Virus record (IMG/VR): IMGVR_UViG_3300005611_000157
Location: 1 to 28,054 of that record
Origin: a virus
Lineage: Duplodnaviria; Caudoviricetes
Reading direction: 5' to 3' (one strand)
DNA: 28,054 nucleotides
The translations under genes and the position numbers were made by a program. Below are positions 7,357-14,523 of this stretch, in pieces. The notes below the pieces were generated by a model, which was not told the DNA's origin, made no database searches, and worked only from the letters and a program-made list of their open reading frames with translations. How positions within the stretch are numbered: position 1 is the stretch's first letter; every line of letters begins with the position of its first letter.

Positions 7357-7423
7357 CTCCAGACTTCCAGCCATAAACCATTATCATTTCACTCACTTAT
7401 GTTTGCTTGTCTCAGGGCGGATC

Positions 7424-7530
7424 GGCACCCACCACACTCACGGGTATTCATTCCCCCCCCTACCTCCCCCCCCCTAAAGGGGGGGAGTAGGATAGGGGGG
7501 TGAATACCCGAGTGGGGGCGGGTGGTTGCC
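7424..7530. repeat. Long imperfect inverted repeat with poly-C and poly-G arms
   Basis: CGGGTATTCA (7441-7450) and TGAATACCCG (7501-7510) are perfect complements. The inner part is C8-tacct-C9-taaa-G7-agtaggata-G6. Confidence 0.85.
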
Positions 7531-7784
7531 GTCCCGCCCAACTGGCAAAGTGGGCAACGAAACAGAAAGAAATCCCCAAAAGAGCCAGACTCGCGAGAAT
7601 GGCTCTAGAATCGCTCAGAATCGACGCGAGCGGTTGGGGGTATCCTCGGAGGGGTAGACCCGTCCGAGCGCAGCACGGGCGACGCTAGGGGCCTTGTCGT
7701 CGATGCTGGGTGGTTGGTCTTGGCGATTCCGGCGATCGGCGAGCAGACCGACCCACTTCCGACCACCTGCCGGCGGGCAGATCG

Positions 7785-7793
7785 TGCTACCGT
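7785..7793 (+). promoter_or_regulatory. Extended -10 promoter (TG-c-TACCGT) for the rightward arm, leaderless-type
   Basis: Ends 8 nt before ATG 7802. The context cgtgcta...caccatga is shared with positions 9-31. Confidence 0.5.
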
Positions 7794-7801
7794 CCGGCAC
7801 C

Positions 7802-8041
7802 ATGACCGACCTCGCCACGCTCTCCATCGACGAGCTCACCAGACGACTCGGCCGGCGCGTCGGACTCATCGACGAAGTCTCGGATCTACTCACCGAGCTC
7901 GCCGATCGCGTGGATGACTTCGGCGAGCACGAGATCGCCGAGATCATGCGAGACCAAAGCGACGACATCCGAGAACACGCGCGACGCATCGAGATCCTCG
8001 ACGGCGAGAAGCACCTGGAACGGATCGGCGAAAAAAGGTGA
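7802..8041 (+). CDS. Hypothetical acidic helical protein (79 aa)
   Basis: MTDLATLSIDELTRRLGRRVGLIDEVSDLLTELADRVDD..., with typical codon usage. ATG 7802 is preferred over the TTG at 7694. Confidence 0.75.
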   Translation: MTDLATLSIDELTRRLGRRVGLIDEVSDLLTELADRVDDFGEHEIAEIMRDQSDDIREHARRIEILDGEKHLERIGEKR

Positions 8042-8048
8042 CCGCATC

Positions 8049-8057
8049 TGGTAGCCT
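8049..8057 (+). promoter_or_regulatory. Extended -10 promoter (TG-g-TAGCCT), leaderless-type
   Basis: Lies in the 22-nt intergenic gap and ends 6 nt before ATG 8064. No SD. Confidence 0.45.
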
Positions 8058-8063
8058 GCCGGG

Positions 8064-8354
8064 ATGGAGAACCGGGAAGTCCTCGATCCGGCGCACTACT
8101 CGTGGATGCGAGAGGCCGTCGGGTGCGAGCCGAAAGACATAGCCGGACTCCTGCCATACCACCCAGGCACCGCGCTCGTCTACATTCTGCGAGCCGGACG
8201 CAAGGACTACCAAGGCAAGGCCGTCGATGAAGCAGCAATCATCGAATACGAAAAAGCCATCCGGCACCTCGGATTCGAAGTCGAACGTCTCCGCAATCGA
8301 CTATCTCGGCAACGCAACGCCGAGAGGGAAACCACCGTCGATCATTGCGAATGA
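8064..8354 (+). CDS. DUF3310-like phage protein
   Basis: DPAHY...GCEPKDI...GTALVYILRAGRK...EYEKAIRHL follows the P.HY...E..D...GN..KY..RAG.K...EDL.KA..YL pattern. Confidence 0.75.
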   Translation: MENREVLDPAHYSWMREAVGCEPKDIAGLLPYHPGTALVYILRAGRKDYQGKAVDEAAIIEYEKAIRHLGFEVERLRNRLSRQRNAERETTVDHCE

Positions 8355-8538
8355 GCCGGAGACATACGATGCCGCGCTGCAATGGCTCAGAGCGCGCGTT
8401 AGTCGCACGTCATCCATCAGCTTTCGGCAGTTCTACGACGAATACCTTGTGCCAGTCCTGAAGACGAAATACTCGCACAAGGGCATCCTCGAAACCATCA
8501 AGGCCCGTCATGCCGAAGAATACGGGCAAATCAACTGA
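8227..8538 (+). CDS. Hypothetical protein (start uncertain)
   Basis: Fills the gap before the phosphoesterase, with a protein-like helical C-terminal half (YDAALQWLRAR...FRQFYDEYLVP). The only in-frame ATG gives a 128-nt overlap with the upstream gene. Confidence 0.55.
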   Translation: MKQQSSNTKKPSGTSDSKSNVSAIDYLGNATPRGKPPSIIANEPETYDAALQWLRARVSRTSSISFRQFYDEYLVPVLKTKYSHKGILETIKARHAEEYGQIN

Positions 8539-9568
8539 GGACTTCCTGGCTCAGGCCGAGCAAGACAAGCTCCGCCTTGAACGCGATCGCGTCGAACGAG
8601 CAGCACGCGAGGAAGTCAGACAGCTCCAGCGAATGCTTGAGCTTGAACGCGAGCGCGCCGAACTCGCCGAGCAGACGCTGGACTTCGCGCTGTCGATCCA
8701 GCACCCACCAAACAAGCAACCGATCCCAGTCAGATCGGACAAGGCCAACAGCGCCATCCCAGTCCTCGTTGCGTCTGACTGGCATGTCGGCGAAACCGTA
8801 GACGCACGCACCGTTGCCAACCGCAACACCTACGATCCAGACATCGCACGGAAGCGGGCCGTCGCGTTCTTCCAGTCCTCGGCACGACTCATCGAGCTCG
8901 CGCGATCAGGCGTCAAGATCGACACCGCAGTCCTCGCCATCCTTGGCGACATCATCACCGGCTACATCCACGAGGAGCTCGAAGAGTCGAACGCACTCTC
9001 GCCAACTGAAGAAGTCCTGTTCGCCATTGACCTGATCGTCTCGGGCATCGACTACCTGCTCGACAAGGCCAAGCTCAAGAAGCTGATCATCCCGTGCTGC
9101 TTTGGCAACCACGGACGCACCGGCAAGAAGCGCAAGGTCTCAACGGCCGCGCGCAACTCGTTCGAGTGGCTGATGTATCAGTTCCTCGGCAAGCTCTACG
9201 AAAAGGACAAGCGCGTCGAAGTCATCATCTCTGACGGCGCGCACCTCTACCTTGACCTCCACGGCCACGTGATTCGGTTTACGCACGGTGACGACATTCG
9301 ATATCAGGGCGGTGTCGGAGGATTGTCGATCCCGATGCGGAAGGCCATCGACTCGTGGGACCACTTCCAGGACTGCCAATACACAGTCTGCGGACACTGG
9401 CACCAGCTGCTGTTCGGGCCTGACTTCGTCGTCAATGGCTCGCTGATCGGCTACTCGGCCTACGCGCTGTCGGTCAAGGCACGGTTCGAGAAGCCACAGC
9501 AGGCTTTCTTCCTTATCGACAAAGACCACGGACGCACGCTTTCGTGCCCGATTCGAGTCGAGCCATGA
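8510..9568 (+). CDS. Calcineurin-like metallophosphoesterase with an N-terminal coiled coil
   Basis: All five motifs present: ASDWHVGE, LGDII, FGNHGR, THGD and CGHWH. Confidence 0.9.
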   Translation: MPKNTGKSTEDFLAQAEQDKLRLERDRVERAAREEVRQLQRMLELERERAELAEQTLDFALSIQHPPNKQPIPVRSDKANSAIPVLVASDWHVGETVDARTVANRNTYDPDIARKRAVAFFQSSARLIELARSGVKIDTAVLAILGDIITGYIHEELEESNALSPTEEVLFAIDLIVSGIDYLLDKAKLKKLIIPCCFGNHGRTGKKRKVSTAARNSFEWLMYQFLGKLYEKDKRVEVIISDGAHLYLDLHGHVIRFTHGDDIRYQGGVGGLSIPMRKAIDSWDHFQDCQYTVCGHWHQLLFGPDFVVNGSLIGYSAYALSVKARFEKPQQAFFLIDKDHGRTLSCPIRVEP

Positions 9569-9813
9569 AGCAGAGACCGCAGCCACAACTTGAGGAACTG
9601 TTCTTGGATCTGCTCGAATACCGTGACAAACTCCTACGCAGCATAGGTCGCGAAGAGTCAGTCCAAGATCGGCAGGAACTGAGGCAGCGCATCATCGAAT
9701 CCATCTCGGACACCACCGAGATCCTTGTCGGTGAAGTCCTCGAACGGTTCCTCCGCGTCGAGTTTGGGCTGACGGCTGACCCGATCGAACCAGATCAAGA
9801 TGATCCAGACTGA
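9565..9813 (+). CDS. Hypothetical protein
   Basis: ATGA overlap with the phosphoesterase stop; helical acidic product MKQRPQPQLEELFLDLL. Confidence 0.7.
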   Translation: MKQRPQPQLEELFLDLLEYRDKLLRSIGREESVQDRQELRQRIIESISDTTEILVGEVLERFLRVEFGLTADPIEPDQDDPD

Positions 9814-10033
9814 CAAGACTGTCGGCGAGCAAATACGCATCGCCATCGTCGCTGCTTCGGAACTGTCGCGCGCTCTTGATACACTACAGCGCAGAGTGCA
9901 CGGACCATTCGATAGCGCGCTCGTCGAGACGGCTGCGGCTGATGTGACTGCGATCTACATCGCTCTCGGCGAAGCACTCGTTCGATGTGGCAACGGGCGC
10001 ATTCGCCAATACACCGAAAAGCAGACTACCTGA
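9800..10033 (+). CDS. Hypothetical protein
   Basis: Tiles the operon; TGATG overlap with terS. Confidence 0.65.
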   Translation: MIQTDKTVGEQIRIAIVAASELSRALDTLQRRVHGPFDSALVETAAADVTAIYIALGEALVRCGNGRIRQYTEKQTT

Positions 10034-10554
10034 TGGCAGCTAAGAAGAGGCCAGTCGGCAGACCGCGGACGGTCATGACCAACGAGGCGAAGGCCAAGAT
10101 CGTCAAGTCTGTTGAGCTTGGTATGTGGCCGGAGCGTGCTGCTGAAATGCACGGCATCAACGGCGCCACCATGCGAAGCGAGCGCAAGCGCGATCCTGTA
10201 TTTGCCACCGCCATAAAAGAGGCTGAGTCCAACGCTGAGAAGTCTGTGCTGTCTCGCATGTTCCGGCACATGGAGACGCAGTGGACGGCGTGCGCTTGGA
10301 TGCTGGAGCGCAGATGGGCTGAACGCTGGCGCAAGCGCGACGGCGACGACATGGCGCGCAAGGTGCGCTCCGAGCCCGTCAAGGATCAGAAGGACATCCA
10401 CTCGCTGCTGATGGACATGGTCAGCGCCGCGGCGTCTGGCAAGATCACGCCGAAGCAGCTCAAGGACATGGCGCAGTCGCTTGGCATCGCGTCTGACATC
10501 AGCGAGCGCGCCGATCTGGAGGAGCGCATCAAGAAGCTCGAAGGCAATGGGTAG
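10033..10554 (+). CDS. terS: Terminase small subunit
   Basis: GRPR followed by an HTH (AAEMHGINGAT), FATAIKEAE and WTACAWMLERR. Directly upstream of TerL. Confidence 0.8.
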   Translation: MAAKKRPVGRPRTVMTNEAKAKIVKSVELGMWPERAAEMHGINGATMRSERKRDPVFATAIKEAESNAEKSVLSRMFRHMETQWTACAWMLERRWAERWRKRDGDDMARKVRSEPVKDQKDIHSLLMDMVSAAASGKITPKQLKDMAQSLGIASDISERADLEERIKKLEGNG

Positions 10555-12142
10555 ACCGCGCAGCGCGCTGCTTGTCCGCATCGACGAGCTCGAAGCCAAC
10601 AGCGGACAGGCAGGCCAAGCTGTCATCGAGGACCTGCGGCGCACCGTCCAGGCCATGCGCGATTGCCGGCCGAACGAGGACACGCCCGCTGCTCGCCGCA
10701 AGGCAAAGGCTGCGCTGGAGATCCTGCCGCCCAAGTGGGCCGAGATCTTCGGGCGCTACGACTACCACCCAACCCAGGCCCAAGCGCGCACCTCGCAGGC
10801 TCGCTACCGGGCGATCGAGGCCGGCCGCCGATCAGGCAAGACAGCAGACCGCAAGGCAGAGATCGTCGAGCGCGCGCTGGACCCTGACTGGTTCCAAGCC
10901 AACGGACTCTCGCAGAGGTTTATCGCTGTCGGCCTGCCAACCCAGCAGCAGACGCGCGACCTCTACATGGACGACCTCGTCTCGCTGATCCCTCGACGAT
11001 TCCTCGCAGGCGAACCGCGCTACTCTGACCCGCAGATGATCCGCACCGTCGCCGGCGGACGGATCAAGCTCGCCGGCATGGACAGGCCGCAGCGCGCAGA
11101 AGGTGAACCGATCGACGATCTGTTCCTCGACGAGGTCGCCGACATGCGGCTCGGGCGAGCTGTCATCGACAGGCACCTTCGGCCATCGCTCTCGACGCGA
11201 GGTCGGCCACCCGGCTCTGTGACAGCCTACGGGACCACCGACATGGTCTCGGGCTCTGAGTTCATCGAACTGTGCGACGGATGGCTCACGCGCCAGCAGG
11301 ACGGCGACAGCGAATACGCATACTTTCACTGGTCCTCGCAAGGCATCATCAGCGACGAGGAATGGGAGCGGCAGCGCACGCAGCTCGACCCGGCGACCTT
11401 CGCTGTCGAATACGAGGCACGGCGCGTCTCGACCGGCGACCTCGCCTACTGGTGCTTCCGTCGAGCCGAGAACGTCACGCCGTCGCTGCGCCTGATCCCG
11501 GACACGCCAGCCATCCTGTGCTTCGACTGGAACGTCAGGCCGGGCACCGCGACCATCCTTCAGGAGCAGTCGATCGAGGACTACACGACAGCCGACATCC
11601 TGCCGGAGAAGATCTCCGACGACTTCACGGCTGTCCTCGGCGAGGTATTCCTGCGCAACAACGGCCAAGCGCCGCGCGTCGTTGGTGCTGCCATCCAGAA
11701 GCTACGCGAGCTCGGCCACCGCGGGACTGTCCTCGCCTACGGCGACCCTGCCGGCGGAGCCTCGCACGCAGCCGCAACCGAAGGCACCTGTCTTGAGCAT
11801 CTCCGCAAGCTCGGGCGAGAGGCGTTCGGTGATCGGTTCTCGATGCGGTTCCGCAAGTCCGCGCCGGCAATCGTGGCTAGGCTCAACGCCGTCAACGGAC
11901 GGCTCAGGTCAGCCGACGAACAGATCAGGATGCTCGTGCACCCGTCGTGCGTCGAGACGATCAAGGACTTCGAGCAGGTCCACATCGAGCAGGCCAAGTC
12001 CGGCGCCATCCAGATCGAGAAGGCGACCAGCGGCCCGAAGAAGGACCGCACGCACCTGACCGACGGTCTCGGCTACTATGTCGCCGCCGAGTTCCCATCG
12101 CGCACGCGGACGGGACTCGTGGACGCTGACCTTGGCGTATAA
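10547..12142 (+). CDS. terL: Terminase large subunit
   Basis: HPTQ adenine-binding motif, Walker A AGRRSGKT, Walker B LFLDEVA, coupling motif YGT, and nuclease motifs CFDWN, YGDPAG and HLTDGLGY. Start placed at ATG 10547. Confidence 0.95.
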   Translation: MGRPRSALLVRIDELEANSGQAGQAVIEDLRRTVQAMRDCRPNEDTPAARRKAKAALEILPPKWAEIFGRYDYHPTQAQARTSQARYRAIEAGRRSGKTADRKAEIVERALDPDWFQANGLSQRFIAVGLPTQQQTRDLYMDDLVSLIPRRFLAGEPRYSDPQMIRTVAGGRIKLAGMDRPQRAEGEPIDDLFLDEVADMRLGRAVIDRHLRPSLSTRGRPPGSVTAYGTTDMVSGSEFIELCDGWLTRQQDGDSEYAYFHWSSQGIISDEEWERQRTQLDPATFAVEYEARRVSTGDLAYWCFRRAENVTPSLRLIPDTPAILCFDWNVRPGTATILQEQSIEDYTTADILPEKISDDFTAVLGEVFLRNNGQAPRVVGAAIQKLRELGHRGTVLAYGDPAGGASHAAATEGTCLEHLRKLGREAFGDRFSMRFRKSAPAIVARLNAVNGRLRSADEQIRMLVHPSCVETIKDFEQVHIEQAKSGAIQIEKATSGPKKDRTHLTDGLGYYVAAEFPSRTRTGLVDADLGV

Positions 12143-12183
12143 GCTGCTCGGCAGTGTATGATCGACAACCGGACCCAATCACC

Positions 12184-12498
12184 ATGCGCTGCGCAATCTT
12201 GCTGACGATCCTGTGCCTGCCATCGTGCGGGCTGTTCTCGCCGGACACCAAGCCGGCAACCGATGCGATGGTCATGCTTGAGCAGATCAACGCAGCGCGC
12301 CTTGAGCGCGAGCTGGCACTCGCCGAGCGCATCACCGACGAGGACGCCCGCGCACAGTGGGTTGCGGCCTTTGAGCGCGACGCCGGGCAGGTCTCGTCGA
12401 TGCACTCCAAGCTGCTCGAATGGGTGGATGCTGTCGGCGCGATCAACTGGAAGGAGCTCTACGAGTCCGTGCGGATTGAGCCGGGAGTCGAGCGATGA
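12184..12498 (+). CDS. Predicted lipoprotein (possible spanin or exclusion protein)
   Basis: MRCAILLTILCLPS-CGLF: a basic residue, a hydrophobic stretch and a lipobox-like Cys, followed by a helical domain. Confidence 0.7.
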   Translation: MRCAILLTILCLPSCGLFSPDTKPATDAMVMLEQINAARLERELALAERITDEDARAQWVAAFERDAGQVSSMHSKLLEWVDAVGAINWKELYESVRIEPGVER

Positions 12499-12731
12499 CG
12501 CTGTTCAACGGCGAGCTGCCTGACCCAGGCGAGATCGACATCAGCCCGGCAGAGACTGGCGACATTCTGTCTCGGTTGGCTTCGATGACCGACGAGGAGT
12601 TCGAGGCCGTCTGGGTCAAGCTCGATGCCAAGGTCCACGAGGCCAAGTTCTACCGGCAGGTCTTTCTCTCGACGGCTCAGGCGCTCGAATCCCTGAAGCC
12701 AATCATCGCCATGCTGAAGGCTGCGCTATGA
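12495..12731 (+). CDS. Hypothetical protein with a C-terminal amphipathic helix
   Basis: ATGA overlaps on both sides. Confidence 0.7.
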   Translation: MTLFNGELPDPGEIDISPAETGDILSRLASMTDEEFEAVWVKLDAKVHEAKFYRQVFLSTAQALESLKPIIAMLKAAL

Positions 12732-12919
12732 ACAACCAAGCCATGACGAACGGCGGCATCGCTGTCGCTGTCTCCACTTTGCTCGCATGGGCCGTTCGTG
12801 AGTTCGGCGACATCGAGATCCCCGCCGAAGTCGGCGCCGCACTGGCGACGATCGTCGGGTTCTTCATCGGTTGGCGGACGCCCACCCCGCCGGCCATGCT
12901 CAACGAGGCGCCGGAATGA
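12728..12919 (+). CDS. Putative holin or small two-TM membrane protein
   Basis: 63 aa. GGIAVAVSTLLAWAV-REFGDIEIPAEV-GAALATIVGFFIGW has the class II holin-like TM-turn-TM layout. Confidence 0.6.
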   Translation: MNNQAMTNGGIAVAVSTLLAWAVREFGDIEIPAEVGAALATIVGFFIGWRTPTPPAMLNEAPE

Positions 12920-14523
12920 CCGTCTGGGATCAGCGACCCGAATACGAGGCTGTGCTTGCCGAGTGGGAGCTGGTCCGCGATCAGCTCGCCGGCACGCCAG
13001 CCATGCGCGGTGTCTCGCCGTCGCAGATCGGTCAGCAGTCATACATCAATCAGGCCGAGCGGTCCTACGGCTCGTCGCCGTGGCTGCTTCGTCTGCCGAC
13101 TGACACCGACGACAGCTACCGGCTGCGATGGGAGCGTGCGTTCTACTTCGGCGCCTACCCTGACGCCGTTCGACGCATCGCGTCCAAGCCGTTCCAGGAA
13201 CCCGTCGTCGTGCGCGGCTACCCTGACGGGCACCTGATCGAAGAGATGAAGCAGAACGTGGACCGGCGCGGCTCAACGCTGCACCGATTCGCGTGCGGGC
13301 ACTTTGAGACCAAGATCGCCTACGGCGTCTCGCACGTCATGCTCGCGAAGCCGGGCAGAGATCGCATCCCGGCCGAGTTCGTGCTGCCTGACGGATCAGT
13401 CTCTGAGCTTGGCTTGCGCCGATTCTCGCTGCGTCCGTATCTGCGCCGCGTGCATCCGATGCGCGTGGTTGCGTGGGAGTTCGAGGAAGGCCCGGACGGT
13501 GCGCCTGATCTCGTTGAGGCCCGCATCCGCGATGACCAGTGGGAGCAGGTCGGCGGCGAATACGTCTGGGTCGAACGCATCCATGTCTACTACATGGACA
13601 ACGGCGAGGCCAAGCGCGTCACGCACCGCAGGCTCGCCGACAACCGCGACGAGACGGAGTCTGTTGAGGAGGAAGTCGGGCTCGGGCTTGGCTTCATCCC
13701 GCTCTACACCGACTCATCACAGGAGACCGAAGACCCTGACGAAGCGATGGTCTGCCGGCCGCCGATGGCGGACTTGCTCTACCTGAACCTCCAGCACTTT
13801 CAGGAGTCAGCCGAGCAGGCCGTTGCCTTGCTGATGGCTCGATCGGAAGGGCTCGTCGAGATCGGCGCTCGCGAGGAAGAGATCAAGCGACCGCTCGCGT
13901 TCGGGCTTGGTCGCGCCAAGCGCACGTCCTCGATGCCGAGCGAATACGAGCTCAAGTTCGTCGGCCCGTCTGGCATCGGCGTCCAGCGTGGTCGCGAGTC
14001 GCTGCAAGAGATCGAGTCTCGCATGGCGAAGCTCGGCGCGCAGCCGCTGATCCGTCAGACGGCGAACGTGACCGCCCGTGGCACGATGGCTGATGAGGCC
14101 AAGGTCGAAGCCGAGTCCGAGAAGATGGCTCGCAGCACGGAGGACTTCTTCGAGCGCATCTTCCGCGACATCGACGTGCTCGAATACGGCGCGGAAGGAT
14201 CGGACGAGCGGCTTGAGGGCTTTGAGCTCGACATCTTCGCTGACTTCGGGTTCGACTTTGGTGACACGTCCGCACGCGCGAAGCTCGTGCTCGAACTCAA
14301 CAAGGCCGGCATCTACCCGGACAAGCTCGTCATCGAGGCGTGGCGCTCGCTCAAGGTCCTGCCGGAGGAGATCGACGCCGACGAGGTGATGACCATGCTT
14401 GACGACCAGCGGGCCACGTCGCTTGAGCGGGCCGCCGGCATGATGTCAGACATGAGGCAGTCGCCCGACGACGAGGACGACGAAGACGACCTTGAAGACG
14501 AGGACGCCGATAGCGGCACCTGA
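12916..14523 (+). CDS. Portal protein (DUF4055-like)
   Basis: WELVRDQLAG, YRLRWERA, NVDRRGSTL, LGFIPL and RPPMADLLYLNLQHFQ. About 535 aa with an acidic tail, placed before MuF. Confidence 0.9.
   Translation: MTVWDQRPEYEAVLAEWELVRDQLAGTPAMRGVSPSQIGQQSYINQAERSYGSSPWLLRLPTDTDDSYRLRWERAFYFGAYPDAVRRIASKPFQEPVVVRGYPDGHLIEEMKQNVDRRGSTLHRFACGHFETKIAYGVSHVMLAKPGRDRIPAEFVLPDGSVSELGLRRFSLRPYLRRVHPMRVVAWEFEEGPDGAPDLVEARIRDDQWEQVGGEYVWVERIHVYYMDNGEAKRVTHRRLADNRDETESVEEEVGLGLGFIPLYTDSSQETEDPDEAMVCRPPMADLLYLNLQHFQESAEQAVALLMARSEGLVEIGAREEEIKRPLAFGLGRAKRTSSMPSEYELKFVGPSGIGVQRGRESLQEIESRMAKLGAQPLIRQTANVTARGTMADEAKVEAESEKMARSTEDFFERIFRDIDVLEYGAEGSDERLEGFELDIFADFGFDFGDTSARAKLVLELNKAGIYPDKLVIEAWRSLKVLPEEIDADEVMTMLDDQRATSLERAAGMMSDMRQSPDDEDDEDDLEDEDADSGT

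Larger units (their letters stand above)
7143..7530. other. Putative phage replication origin
   Basis: Iterons, two DnaA boxes, an AT-rich tract at 7373-7410 (11 of 38 G+C) and a large inverted repeat, all in the non-coding gap between the divergent arms. Confidence 0.6.

Noticed and set aside
7166-7477. 103-aa ORF across the repeat region (TVSPFH, TVPTVP, poly-Pro end)
   Set aside because: The peptide repeats are just translations of the iterons and the poly-C tract. There is no RBS and the codon usage is atypical.
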